Shown here: positions 1 to 8,247 of the stretch, in pieces
How the letters are laid out: each line of letters starts with the position of its first letter
Position numbering within the stretch: the first letter of the stretch is position 1
NCBI GenBank assembly: GCA_045863855.1
Contig: BTVV01000110.1
Location: 1 to 20,498, forward strand
From: Planctomycetota bacterium
Lineage (GTDB): Bacteria > Planctomycetota > SZUA-567 > H5-PLA8
Direction: 5' to 3'
Length of the DNA: 20,498 bases
The notes under the pieces: generated by a model
Told to the model about the DNA's origin: nothing
What the model saw: only the letters and a program-made list of their open reading frames with translations
The model's database searches: none
Made by a program: the position numbers and the translations under genes

Positions 1-1
1 T

Positions 2-964
2 TCTCGGCGCGCGGCGGCGCGTCTGATCTCGATGCTGGAGTCTTCGGACGGCGGCGCGGCACGGGCGGCTTCGCGCGCGGTGGCGCGGCTGCCGCTTCCG
101 GCGCAGACGATCGGCCTCACCGGGCCGCCGGGCGCGGGCAAATCCACGCTGCTCGATTATCTGATCGGCCTGCTGCGCAAACGGAACCTGCGCGTGGGCG
201 TGATCGCGGTGGACCCGTCGAGCCCGTTCACGGGCGGAGCGCTGCTGGGCGACCGGATCCGCATGGCGCAGCACGGCCCGGACAGCGGAGTATTCATCCG
301 CAGCATGGGCAGCCGGGGCGCGAGCGGCGGGCTGGCGGCGGCGGCGAGCGACGCGCTGCGCGTGCTGGGCGGCGCGGGCTTCGACGCGGTGCTGCTGGAG
401 ACGGTGGGCGCGGGGCAGTCTGAGATCGAGGTCGTCAATCTGGCCGATACCGTTTGCGTCGTTCAGGTCGCGGGGCTGGGCGACGACGTGCAGCTTATGA
501 AGATGGGGATCCTCGAGATCGCCGACGTCTTCGTGGTCACGAAAGGCGACCGGCCGGGCGCGGAGGATCTGAAGCTGCAACTTGAGCGCGCGATTCACGA
601 AGCGCCGGGGGAAGTCTGCCGCGCGATCCGGCAACTGGGGCCGGGCTTCGCGGCGGGTTTCCAGGGCCCGCGCTGGACACCCGAGGTGGTGCTGGTCTCG
701 GCGCTGCGCGCGCAAGGCGGCGACGAGCTGCTGGCGTCGTTCGAGCGGCATCGCGCGTACCTGGCGACGCCGGCGCTGGCGGAAGCGCTGCGCACGAGCC
801 GCGCGGCGCGGGAGATCGCTTGGCGCGCGACGCGGCGGCTGGGTGACGCGCTGAACGTGCGGCTCGCGCCGGGCGGCGATCTGGCCACGCTGGCGTCGGA
901 TTGTGCAGCGGGGCGGCTGGATGTCGAGAGCGCCGTGGCTCGGGCGCTGGGAGGTTCGGCGTGA
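2..964 (+). CDS. meaB: Methylmalonyl-CoA mutase-associated GTPase MeaB/ArgK (5' partial)
   Basis: Motifs IGLTGPPGAGKST (P-loop), AVDPSSPFTGGALLGDRIRM, FIRSM, ETVGAGQSE, GDDVQ..K.GILEIAD. The frame is open from base 2 (SRRAAARLISMLE, matching the MeaB N-terminal helix), so the true start lies upstream of the window. Adjacent to the mutase. Confidence 0.93.
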   Translation, partial: SRRAAARLISMLESSDGGAARAASRAVARLPLPAQTIGLTGPPGAGKSTLLDYLIGLLRKRNLRVGVIAVDPSSPFTGGALLGDRIRMAQHGPDSGVFIRSMGSRGASGGLAAAASDALRVLGGAGFDAVLLETVGAGQSEIEVVNLADTVCVVQVAGLGDDVQLMKMGILEIADVFVVTKGDRPGAEDLKLQLERAIHEAPGEVCRAIRQLGPGFAAGFQGPRWTPEVVLVSALRAQGGDELLASFERHRAYLATPALAEALRTSRAAREIAWRATRRLGDALNVRLAPGGDLATLASDCAAGRLDVESAVARALGGSA

Positions 965-2631
965 GCGAACCGGCAGACGACCCGCTGCGAAGCTGGAAAG
1001 AAGCGCAGCACGGACCGGCCGCGGCGAAGAAGTACCGCGACGATATCGGGCCGGTGCCTCCGCGTTCGATCTCCGAGTTGCCGCTGGAGCCCCTGTACGC
1101 GCCGGGCGACGCGGACGCTGCCCGGCTGGAAGCCGAAGCGTTTCCGGGCGCGCCGCCGTTCACGCGCGGGCTGCATCCGGGCATGTACCGCCAGCGGCTC
1201 TGGACGTTCCGGCAGTACGCGGGTTTCGGGAGCGCGGCCGAAACGAATGCGCGTTTCCGCAAGCTGCTGGCAGCCGGCCAGACCGGATTATCGGTCGCCT
1301 TCGACTTGCCGACGCAATTGGGTCTCGATCCAGATCATCCGCGCGCGGCTGGCGAAGTGGGCCGCGTGGGGGTTTCGGTCGCGAGCGTCGAGGACATGCT
1401 GCGGCTCTTCGAGGGGCTGGATTTCGGAACGATCTCGACCTCGATGACGATCAACGCGCCGGCGGCGGTGCTGCTGGCGTTTTACCAGGTGGCGGCCGAA
1501 GAGCGCGGTGTCGGGCCGGAGCGGCTGCGCGGGACGGTGCAGAACGACATCCTTAAGGAGTACGCAGCTCGGAACAACTACGTCTTTCCGCCCGAGCCGA
1601 GCATGGCGCTGACGGTGGATGTACTGGAACACTGCGCGACGACGCTGACGCATTTCTATCCTATCTCGATCAGCGGTTACCATTTGCGTGAAGCGGGCTG
1701 CACGGCGCCGCAGGAACTGGCATTCACGCTCGCCAATGGCGTGGCGTACCTGGAGGCCGCACGTGCGCGGGGCTTGTCGCCGGAGCGGTTGGGCGAACAG
1801 ATCAGCTTTTTCTTCGCGGCGACGAGCGAGTTGCTGGAAGAGGTGGCGAAATTCCGCGCGGCACGGCGGCTGTGGTCCGGCCTGATGGCCGAGCGCTTTG
1901 GCGTGACGAACGCGAAGGCGCGGCAATTGCGCTTCCACGTGCAGACGGCGGGGAGCCTGCTGACCAGCCAGCAGGTGGAGAATAACCTCGTGCGCGTCTC
2001 GGTGCAGGCGCTGGCGGCGGTGCTGGGCGGCTGCCAATCGCTGCACACCAACGCGTTCGACGAAGCGCTGGGGCTGCCGGGGGAACTTTCGGCAAGACTG
2101 GCCTTGGCCACGCAGCAGATACTCGCCTTCGAAACCGGGATCGTGAATGCGGCCGATCCGCTTGGGGGAAGCTACGCGGTGGAGGCGCTGACCGAGAAGC
2201 TCGAAACCGAAGCGCGGGCGCTGATCGGCGAGATCGACGCGGCCGGCGGCGCCGTCGATGCGGTGGAAGACGGCTTCTACCAGCGCCGCGTCGCGGAAGC
2301 GGCGTACCGTTACCAGAAGGATGTGGAATCCGGCGCGCGGCGCGTGGTGGGCGTGAACTGCTTTACGTCGGAAGTGGGTTCGGACGAGGATGCGAGCATC
2401 CAGTCGTTGCGCTCCGAGCAGGAACAGGAAGCGAAGGCGCGGCTGGCGGACGTGCGCAAGCGCCGCGACGCCGGGGCCGTTTCGAATGCGCTGGCGGAAG
2501 TGCAGGCCGCGGCACGGGCGAACGTGAATCGCATGCCGGCCATCCTGAACGCGGCGCGCGCGCGCGCGACCGTGGGCGAAGTGTGCGGCGCGCTGCGCGC
2601 CGTTTACGGCGAATACCAACCCCGGAACTGA
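961..2631 (+). CDS. Methylmalonyl-CoA mutase, substrate-binding (TIM barrel) large subunit, with no B12-binding domain
   Basis: Motifs PG.PPFTRG.HP.MY, RQYAGF, GLSVAFDLPTQ.G.D, STSMTINA, GTVQNDILKEY..R, ISISGYH, QSLHTN, DPLGGSY, RATVGE. No DxHxxG cobalamin motif. GTG at 961 overlaps the meaB stop (GTGA). Confidence 0.92.
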   Translation: MSEPADDPLRSWKEAQHGPAAAKKYRDDIGPVPPRSISELPLEPLYAPGDADAARLEAEAFPGAPPFTRGLHPGMYRQRLWTFRQYAGFGSAAETNARFRKLLAAGQTGLSVAFDLPTQLGLDPDHPRAAGEVGRVGVSVASVEDMLRLFEGLDFGTISTSMTINAPAAVLLAFYQVAAEERGVGPERLRGTVQNDILKEYAARNNYVFPPEPSMALTVDVLEHCATTLTHFYPISISGYHLREAGCTAPQELAFTLANGVAYLEAARARGLSPERLGEQISFFFAATSELLEEVAKFRAARRLWSGLMAERFGVTNAKARQLRFHVQTAGSLLTSQQVENNLVRVSVQALAAVLGGCQSLHTNAFDEALGLPGELSARLALATQQILAFETGIVNAADPLGGSYAVEALTEKLETEARALIGEIDAAGGAVDAVEDGFYQRRVAEAAYRYQKDVESGARRVVGVNCFTSEVGSDEDASIQSLRSEQEQEAKARLADVRKRRDAGAVSNALAEVQAAARANVNRMPAILNAARARATVGEVCGALRAVYGEYQPRN

Positions 2632-2634
2632 ACG

Positions 2635-3075
2635 ATGATCCCCCCCTTGCCTCCCGCGCTGAAAGACTTTCCGCTCGCCCATCTGGCCGTGGCCGTCGAG
2701 CAGCTCGATCGGGCCGCGCCGGTGTACCGCGCGCTGGGCTTCGAATTACACGAGCCGGAATCGATTCCCGCGCAGCAGGTCCGCGCACAGTTGGCGGTGA
2801 AGGGCGAACTGCGGATCGAACTGCTGGAGCCGGAGCCGGCGGGCGCGGGTCCGATCGGGAAGCATCTGGCCAAGCGCGGCGCGGGAGTGCATCACGTGGC
2901 GCTGCGCGTAAAGGACCTGAAAGCCACCCTTATGGAATTGGAAGCGGCCAAAGTGAAGAGCTTGCCGGGTTATCCGTCGCAGGGATTGGGCGGTTCGTGG
3001 GTGGCGTTTTTGGACCCTAAGTCGACTTGGGGCGTCCTTTACGAACTGGTGGAAGCCACACAAGTGCACGCGTGA
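2635..3075 (+). CDS. mce: Methylmalonyl-CoA epimerase (VOC superfamily)
   Basis: HLAVAV, IELLEP, GVHHVAL, FLDPKSTWGVLYELVE. Starts 3 nt after the mutase stop. Confidence 0.9.
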   Translation: MIPPLPPALKDFPLAHLAVAVEQLDRAAPVYRALGFELHEPESIPAQQVRAQLAVKGELRIELLEPEPAGAGPIGKHLAKRGAGVHHVALRVKDLKATLMELEAAKVKSLPGYPSQGLGGSWVAFLDPKSTWGVLYELVEATQVHA

Positions 3076-3100
3076 AACCCCTTAGCGCGGGGCTCCCGGC

Positions 3101-3129
3101 TTGACAGCCTTTGAAACAAGGGCGAGACT
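3101..3129 (+). promoter_or_regulatory. Putative sigma70-type promoter for the EF-hand gene
   Basis: TTGACA (3101-3106), 17-nt spacer, GAGACT (3124-3129) in an intergenic region. The -10 match is weak. Confidence 0.4.
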
Positions 3130-3184
3130 TTACACGCTTCCGGGCGCAGGTTCGGCTTTGGGCATGCGAAGGGATAGACCAATC

Positions 3185-4090
3185 ATGAGTGCGACGCGCA
3201 AGGCGGGACGAACGGCTTGGAGCTTTGGAGCGTGCTTGGTATGGGCAGCCGGATTCGGCGGCATGCTCCAGGCCGTGGAAGAGCTGGGGGTCCCCCAGCG
3301 GTCCGAGATCAGCCAAAGGCTGACGGTTAGTACCGATGAGATCACGTCGTACGCCGATACGTTCATCGCGGCGAAGGCGAAGCTCGCGGAGGTCGAGTTT
3401 AAAAAGGCGCGCAAGGATCTGCTCCAGGAACTCCGCAAAGAAGAGGATCAACGCAAAGAGTACGAACGCCGGATGCGCCGGTACGCGCAGACGCACGGCT
3501 ACGCGGCGGCGGGCACGACGCTGGACGAAGCGGAAGACGAAAGCATCGTGCGCGTGCGCGTGGAAGTGCTGATGCCGGAGATTTCGCTGTACCGGGCTGT
3601 CGCGGCGGCGTGCCGGAATCGCGGGCGGTTGTGCCGGAAATTGGCGGAAGAAATGCCGAAGCTGGACGAAAACGGCGACGGTACGATCGCGGAAGAAGAG
3701 TATCTGAACTCGGCGGCCCTGATCCGCACCACCGGCAAGCTGCTCCTTCCGCTCGACCGAAACAACGACAAGAAGCTCTCGCTGAGCGAACTGGAAGTCG
3801 ACGCGAAGATTCCGGCGACCATGGAAGAAGGCGTGCAGCAGGGCATTAACTGGGTGCAGGGCGAAGATCATCGCATCCGCCCCTTCGACGCCAACGAAGA
3901 CCGGAAGCTGGACGTTTCGGAGCGCAAGGCGCTGACGATGGCGTACATGACGGCGGCGATGCGCTATGTCGAGGACGCGCAGTTCTATGCGCAGTTGGCG
4001 GAGGCGTTGACCGTTCGGCGCGACGGTCTGGCGCAGAAGTACCGTGAAGTGGCGTTGAGCGCTGAACCGACCGAATCGGCCGGCGAATAA
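3185..4090 (+). CDS. Putative secreted EF-hand (Dx[DN]xDG-type) calcium-binding protein with a charged helical region
   Basis: ATG 3185 gives a signal-peptide-like N-terminus (MSATRKAGRTAWSFGACLVWAAGFGGMLQA). Loops DENGDGTIAEEE, DRNNDKKLSLSE, DANEDRKLDVSE. Codon usage is host-like. Confidence 0.75.
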   Translation: MSATRKAGRTAWSFGACLVWAAGFGGMLQAVEELGVPQRSEISQRLTVSTDEITSYADTFIAAKAKLAEVEFKKARKDLLQELRKEEDQRKEYERRMRRYAQTHGYAAAGTTLDEAEDESIVRVRVEVLMPEISLYRAVAAACRNRGRLCRKLAEEMPKLDENGDGTIAEEEYLNSAALIRTTGKLLLPLDRNNDKKLSLSELEVDAKIPATMEEGVQQGINWVQGEDHRIRPFDANEDRKLDVSERKALTMAYMTAAMRYVEDAQFYAQLAEALTVRRDGLAQKYREVALSAEPTESAGE

Positions 4091-4107
4091 TTCCTCAAGC
4101 GGTTCGG

Positions 4108-5205
4108 TCAGCCGAAGACGCCCAAGCGTTCCAATTCGGCACAAACCTCTTCCGCTTCGATCCGATTCAAGCAATCGTAATGCCCGTAGCGGCACGTGCG
4201 CTGCAAGCACGGGCTGCATTCGATTTTCTTGTATACGATCCGAGTCCGCTCCCCCAACGGCCCGGTGCGATCGGCGCGCGTGGAGCCGTAGATCCCGACG
4301 GTGGGCTTTCCCAGCGCGCCGGCGACGTGCATCGAACCGGAGTCGTTCCCCGCGAACGCGTCGCACAGGTTCAGCAGGGCGAGCGCTTCCCCAACGCTCG
4401 TCTCGCCCGCGGCCACCAGCGCGCCGGACGCCGTGAGCGCGGCCACGTCGTCGCTCTTACGCCGCTCGTTGGGCGCGCCGACGAGCACGCACTCGGCCCC
4501 GTGGCGTTGGGCGAGTAGATCGGCTAGAGCGGCAAAGCGCGCGGCGGGCCACTCCTTCGCCGGTCCGTACGCGGCGGCGACGGCCAGCGCGACTAATTTG
4601 CCCGCCGAGCGTTTACGCCGCGCGGCCAGCCACGCGCGCATGGACTCGGTATGCGCCGCCGAGACGTCGACGCCAAAGTCCTTCGGATCGCCTTCCACGC
4701 CCAGCGTATGCCGCAGCATGTACAGGTAATAATGGACCTGGTGAACCTCGAGAATCGCGGCGGTGGGACCGGTCTTATGGGTCAGCAGCAGTCCGCGGGC
4801 ATCGCGCGCGAATCCGGCGCGGCGTGGTACGCCGGCCAGCGCCGGCCAGAAGGCGGACTCGAAGCTATTGGGAAACAGGACCGCCAGATCGAACTGCCTC
4901 GCGCGCAAATCGCCCACGATGCGGCGGCGATCCCCCCACCCCGCCCAGCCCTTGCGGACCTTGTAGGGCAGCACCTCATCGATCCAGCCGAAGCCGTCGA
5001 AGAAACTGGCCAGCTCCTGCTTCACCAGCACGCTTAACTTGGCGCCGGGAAATGCCGCCCGGACGGCGCGCAGCGCGGGAAGGCTCATCACCACATCGCC
5101 CAGCCAATTGACTTCCTTGACCAGCACGCGCTTGGGCGGCAAGTCGAGTTTGGAGGCGAACGAGATGGGCGCGGCTTCGGGCAACGGTCGGTCCTTTCGA
5201 GCCAT
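4108..5205 (-). CDS. waaF: ADP-heptose:LPS heptosyltransferase II (GT9)
   Basis: NWLGDVVMSLP, FDLAVLFPNSFESA, AAYGPAKEWP, NDSGSMHVA.ALGKP.VGIYGST, CSPC..RTC..GHYDC. Start placed at ATG 5205 (MARKD), just downstream of a promoter-like motif. Confidence 0.88.
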   Translation of the reverse strand: MARKDRPLPEAAPISFASKLDLPPKRVLVKEVNWLGDVVMSLPALRAVRAAFPGAKLSVLVKQELASFFDGFGWIDEVLPYKVRKGWAGWGDRRRIVGDLRARQFDLAVLFPNSFESAFWPALAGVPRRAGFARDARGLLLTHKTGPTAAILEVHQVHYYLYMLRHTLGVEGDPKDFGVDVSAAHTESMRAWLAARRKRSAGKLVALAVAAAYGPAKEWPAARFAALADLLAQRHGAECVLVGAPNERRKSDDVAALTASGALVAAGETSVGEALALLNLCDAFAGNDSGSMHVAGALGKPTVGIYGSTRADRTGPLGERTRIVYKKIECSPCLQRTCRYGHYDCLNRIEAEEVCAELERLGVFG

Positions 5206-5215
5206 CGAAGCGCGT

Positions 5216-5244
5216 ATCGTACCGTCGCGCGCGCGCCTTGCCAA
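5216..5244 (-). promoter_or_regulatory. Putative sigma70-type promoter of waaF
   Basis: Minus strand: TTGGCA (5244-5239), 17 nt, TACGAT (5221-5216). Confidence 0.55.
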
Positions 5245-5255
5245 CGCGTGCGCGC

Positions 5256-5283
5256 TTGCATTGGCGCGGCCGCGAGGCATGCT
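5256..5283 (+). promoter_or_regulatory. Putative promoter of the cupin gene, back-to-back with the waaF promoter
   Basis: TTGCAT (5256-5261), 16 nt, CATGCT (5278-5283). AAGGAG ribosome-binding site at 5311-5316. Confidence 0.35.
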
Positions 5284-5322
5284 CGAAGGCGCATTCCAAC
5301 CCGACTATTCAAGGAGAGCGCG

Positions 5323-5733
5323 ATGCCGACCAACGCTTATGGGCGCTTCGTAACCGCCGCGGAAGCCGACCGCGAGACGCCGCCGTGGGGCAAGCTGGCC
5401 TGGATCAGCCGCCCGCCGACCACGGATGCCCAGCAACTGACCGTGATCGAAGTGACGCTCGCTCCCGGAGGCGGGCACAACTTCCATCGTCACCCGAAGC
5501 AGGAAGAAGTGATTTACGTGATCGCGGGCCAAGTCGAGCAATGGCTGGGCCCCGAGAAGAAAATTCTGAAGGCCGGCGACTCGGTTTACATCCACGAGAA
5601 TCAGGTGCATGCCTCGTTCAACGTCTTCCAACAGGATGCGAAACTGCTGGCGATCCTGGGGCCGTGCGACGGACCGAACGGGTACGAGCTGGTGGACGTC
5701 GCGCAGGAAGCACCGTGGAAGTCCTTGCGCTAA
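5323..5733 (+). CDS. Cupin (Cupin_2-like) domain protein
   Basis: LAPGGGHNFHRHPKQEEVIYV..G and GDSVYI....VHA cupin metal-binding motifs. AAGGAG lies 6 nt before ATG 5323. Confidence 0.88.
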   Translation: MPTNAYGRFVTAAEADRETPPWGKLAWISRPPTTDAQQLTVIEVTLAPGGGHNFHRHPKQEEVIYVIAGQVEQWLGPEKKILKAGDSVYIHENQVHASFNVFQQDAKLLAILGPCDGPNGYELVDVAQEAPWKSLR

Positions 5734-5760
5734 GCGCGCGACGAAACCCACGAATCCCAC

Positions 5761-5793
5761 CAGGGGCGGATAGTCCGCCCCTGTGTCGTTTGT
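5761..5793 (+). terminator. GC-rich hairpin: possible intrinsic terminator or mRNA-stabilising stem
   Basis: Perfect 10-bp inverted repeat CAGGGGCGGA-tag-TCCGCCCCTG (5761-5783), followed by an imperfect U-tract TGTCGTTTGT. Confidence 0.5.
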
Positions 5794-5843
5794 AGAGGTA
5801 CGGATTTTTCAGAAAGCTACCGCAAGACCGCAAGGAGCCGCAC

Positions 5844-8177
5844 ATGGCGCTGGTGCTGAATCGTCCGGTGGATGGCCGCTGGCGGGGCAAGTTTGTCTGG
5901 AGCGCCGTGCGCGGCGGGCCACGTCTGGAGGTTCGGCGCTTCCGCACGCGCCTGGATCTCTCCGCGCCTGCGCGCGAGTTCCTAGTGCACGTTAGCGCCG
6001 ACAGCCGTTATCGGCTTTGGGTGAACGGAACCCCCGTCGGTCGCGGCCCGCTGAAGGGTACGCTGGAGCATTATTTTTACGAGACCTACGACCTTGCGCC
6101 TTACTTGAAGGCCGGGGCGAACGTACTGGCCGCGGAAGTACAGTGGTTCGGGCTCGACGCGCCGAACAGCGAAGTCCACAGCGGCTACGCCGGCTTTCTA
6201 TTTCAGGGGCCCGAAGGAGCCGGCGTGGATACGCCGGGGGCCTGGAAGGTCCAGATCGATGAAGCGCTGAGCGCCGACCGCACTTCGTACATTGCCAACG
6301 CGCAAGGCTTCCTGGGCTTTTGCGAATACCTCGATGGCGCGAAGGTTCCGCAGGGCTGGCGCGAAGCAAGTTTCGACGATTCCGGCTGGGAAGCGCCCGT
6401 GGTGCTGCTGGAAGCCGATTGGCCGCCGAACTGGGGCGAATTCGCGCCCCTCTGGAACCTGCAGCCGCGGGAGATACCGGCGCTGCTGGAAGAGCCCAAG
6501 CGCTTCGTGCGCGCATTCCACGGCACCGCGCCCACCGACCTTCCGTTCGGTCCGGCGCCCAAGGGCTGGTCGATCCCCGCCGGGCAGCGCGCGGAACTGA
6601 CGCTCGACGCCGGCGGCTTGACCACGGGCTTCCCCGAGCTTCGCTTCATCGGCGGACGCGGCGCCAAGGTAACGGTCGTCTACGCCGAGGCGGTGGGCCA
6701 ATGGTCCACGCAGGGGAAGCGCGGCCGCTGGTATCTCAAGCACGTCCGCGACGATCTGGCCTCGGGCGAAGTGGACGGTTACCGCGATACGGTACTCCTG
6801 CCGGGTGGGGCGTTCGTATACGAACCCTTTCACTGGCGCACGTTCTGGTTCGTGAAGCTGATCGTCGAGGCCGGACCGGAGGCCGTCACCGTCGCCGATT
6901 GCGCGTACCGCTTCACGGCCTATCCCCAAACGTTGCAGGCCGCTTTCCAGGCGTCCGATCCCGACCTGGAAAAGCTTTTTTCGCTCTCTTGGCGCACCCT
7001 GGAGCTGTGCAGCCACGAGACGTACGAAGACTGTCCGTACTACGAGCAGCTTCATTACATCTACGACGCGCGGCTCGAAGCGCTGCAAGGCTACGCGCTG
7101 GCGAACGACCGCGAACTGCCCCGGCGCACGATCCGGCTGTTCCGCGATTCCATGCGCAGCGACGGGCTGGTGCATTGCCGCGTGCCTTCGCGGCGCAGGC
7201 AGATTATTCCCTTCTTCGCGCTGCACTGGGTCATGACGGTGGAAGAATTCTGGCGCTGGTGGGGCGCCGAGGAGCGCGCCTTCGTGCGGAGTAACCTGCT
7301 CGCGGTGGACGGCGTGCTGCATTGGTTCCGCGAGCAACTGCGCGCGGACGATTTCACCGGTCCCCTTCCCTTTTGGAACCCGGTGAACGGGGGAGGTCCG
7401 GGGCTGAACGCGGCGGCGAAGCTGGGCGGCAGCACGTACATGACCGGCTTGTTCGTCTGGGCGCTGGAAGCCGCGGTACGCCTACACGAGGAAGCCGGCA
7501 TCCCCGACGACGCGGCGCGCTGGCGCAAGCTCGCCGCCCGGCTGCGCCTGGCGATCCGCGAGAACGCTTGGTGCGAGCGCGAAGGCCTGTTTCTCGAAGC
7601 CCCCGGCGCCGCAGGCCCGACGGCGGCTTCCGTTTCGCAACACACGCAGGTGCAAGCCATCCTGTGCGGCGCGGCGACGGCCGAGCAGACGGCGCGGATC
7701 CTGAATCGGCTTACCAACGACCCCGTGCTGGCGCAGACGGTAACCTCCAACACCTTCGACCTCTGCCGCGCGCTGGAGGCCGCCGGCGCGTATGGCGCGT
7801 TCCACGATCCGGTCCTCAAACCGTGGCGCGAGATGATCGCCAAGCGCATGAGCACGCTGTGGGAGACCGACAGCGACGGACGCAGCGATTGCCACGCGTG
7901 GACCAGTTGGGTGGCCTACGATTTCCTGACCTGCGTACTGGGCATCCAGCCGGCGCGCGCGGGCTTCGAAGAAATTCGCATCCGGCCGCTAACCGACGGG
8001 CTGGCGCATGCCGAAGGGCACATGCCCACACCGAAAGGCCAAGTGCGGGTGCGCTGGCGGCGCGAGGGCGCGCGGGTGCGCCTGGAAGCCGAGACGCCGG
8101 CAGGGGTGCCGGTGACGGTGGAAGTGCCGGGTGCGGGCAGCCGGCGCTTCGAGCAGGGCGGACGAATCGAATGCTGA
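5844..8177 (+). CDS. Alpha-L-rhamnosidase-like glycoside hydrolase, family GH78
   Basis: N-terminal VSADSRYRLWVNG..VGRGP; catalytic-domain motifs HETYEDCPYYEQ, SQH, TLWE, SDCHAW; C-terminal PTPKG.V.V.W. AAGGAG precedes ATG 5844. Confidence 0.87.
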   Translation: MALVLNRPVDGRWRGKFVWSAVRGGPRLEVRRFRTRLDLSAPAREFLVHVSADSRYRLWVNGTPVGRGPLKGTLEHYFYETYDLAPYLKAGANVLAAEVQWFGLDAPNSEVHSGYAGFLFQGPEGAGVDTPGAWKVQIDEALSADRTSYIANAQGFLGFCEYLDGAKVPQGWREASFDDSGWEAPVVLLEADWPPNWGEFAPLWNLQPREIPALLEEPKRFVRAFHGTAPTDLPFGPAPKGWSIPAGQRAELTLDAGGLTTGFPELRFIGGRGAKVTVVYAEAVGQWSTQGKRGRWYLKHVRDDLASGEVDGYRDTVLLPGGAFVYEPFHWRTFWFVKLIVEAGPEAVTVADCAYRFTAYPQTLQAAFQASDPDLEKLFSLSWRTLELCSHETYEDCPYYEQLHYIYDARLEALQGYALANDRELPRRTIRLFRDSMRSDGLVHCRVPSRRRQIIPFFALHWVMTVEEFWRWWGAEERAFVRSNLLAVDGVLHWFREQLRADDFTGPLPFWNPVNGGGPGLNAAAKLGGSTYMTGLFVWALEAAVRLHEEAGIPDDAARWRKLAARLRLAIRENAWCEREGLFLEAPGAAGPTAASVSQHTQVQAILCGAATAEQTARILNRLTNDPVLAQTVTSNTFDLCRALEAAGAYGAFHDPVLKPWREMIAKRMSTLWETDSDGRSDCHAWTSWVAYDFLTCVLGIQPARAGFEEIRIRPLTDGLAHAEGHMPTPKGQVRVRWRREGARVRLEAETPAGVPVTVEVPGAGSRRFEQGGRIEC

Positions 8178-8247
8178 ACGCACGCCCGCGCGGGCGGTCA
8201 CGAACGGTAACGACAGCGGGCGAGGCGCACGCGATACGAAGGACGGC

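Noticed and set aside
901..960. Longer starts in the ORF track (901 mutase, 3101 EF-hand, 5248 cupin, 5280 waaF, 11077 DUF502, 12886 livG)
   Set aside because: The extensions overlap neighbouring genes or promoter-like motifs and lack family similarity. Downstream starts fit an RBS, a stop-start overlap or a signal peptide better.
1288..2682. Long antisense or alternative-frame ORFs (e.g. 1288-2682 -, 3017-4366 -, 8131-9453 +, 14664-16166 +, 17032-18171 +)
   Set aside because: They overlap well-supported genes, are Arg/Ala/Pro-rich without family motifs, and are expected shadows in high-GC DNA.
4171..4218. Four-Cys motif CSPC..RTC..GHYDC in WaaF as a novel metal site
   Set aside because: This is a common C-terminal motif in many GT9 heptosyltransferases.
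8183..8196. Palindrome CGCCCGCGCGGGCG between convergent genes as a bidirectional terminator
   Set aside because: It is short, all GC, and has no U-tract on either strand, so it is likely chance at this GC content.
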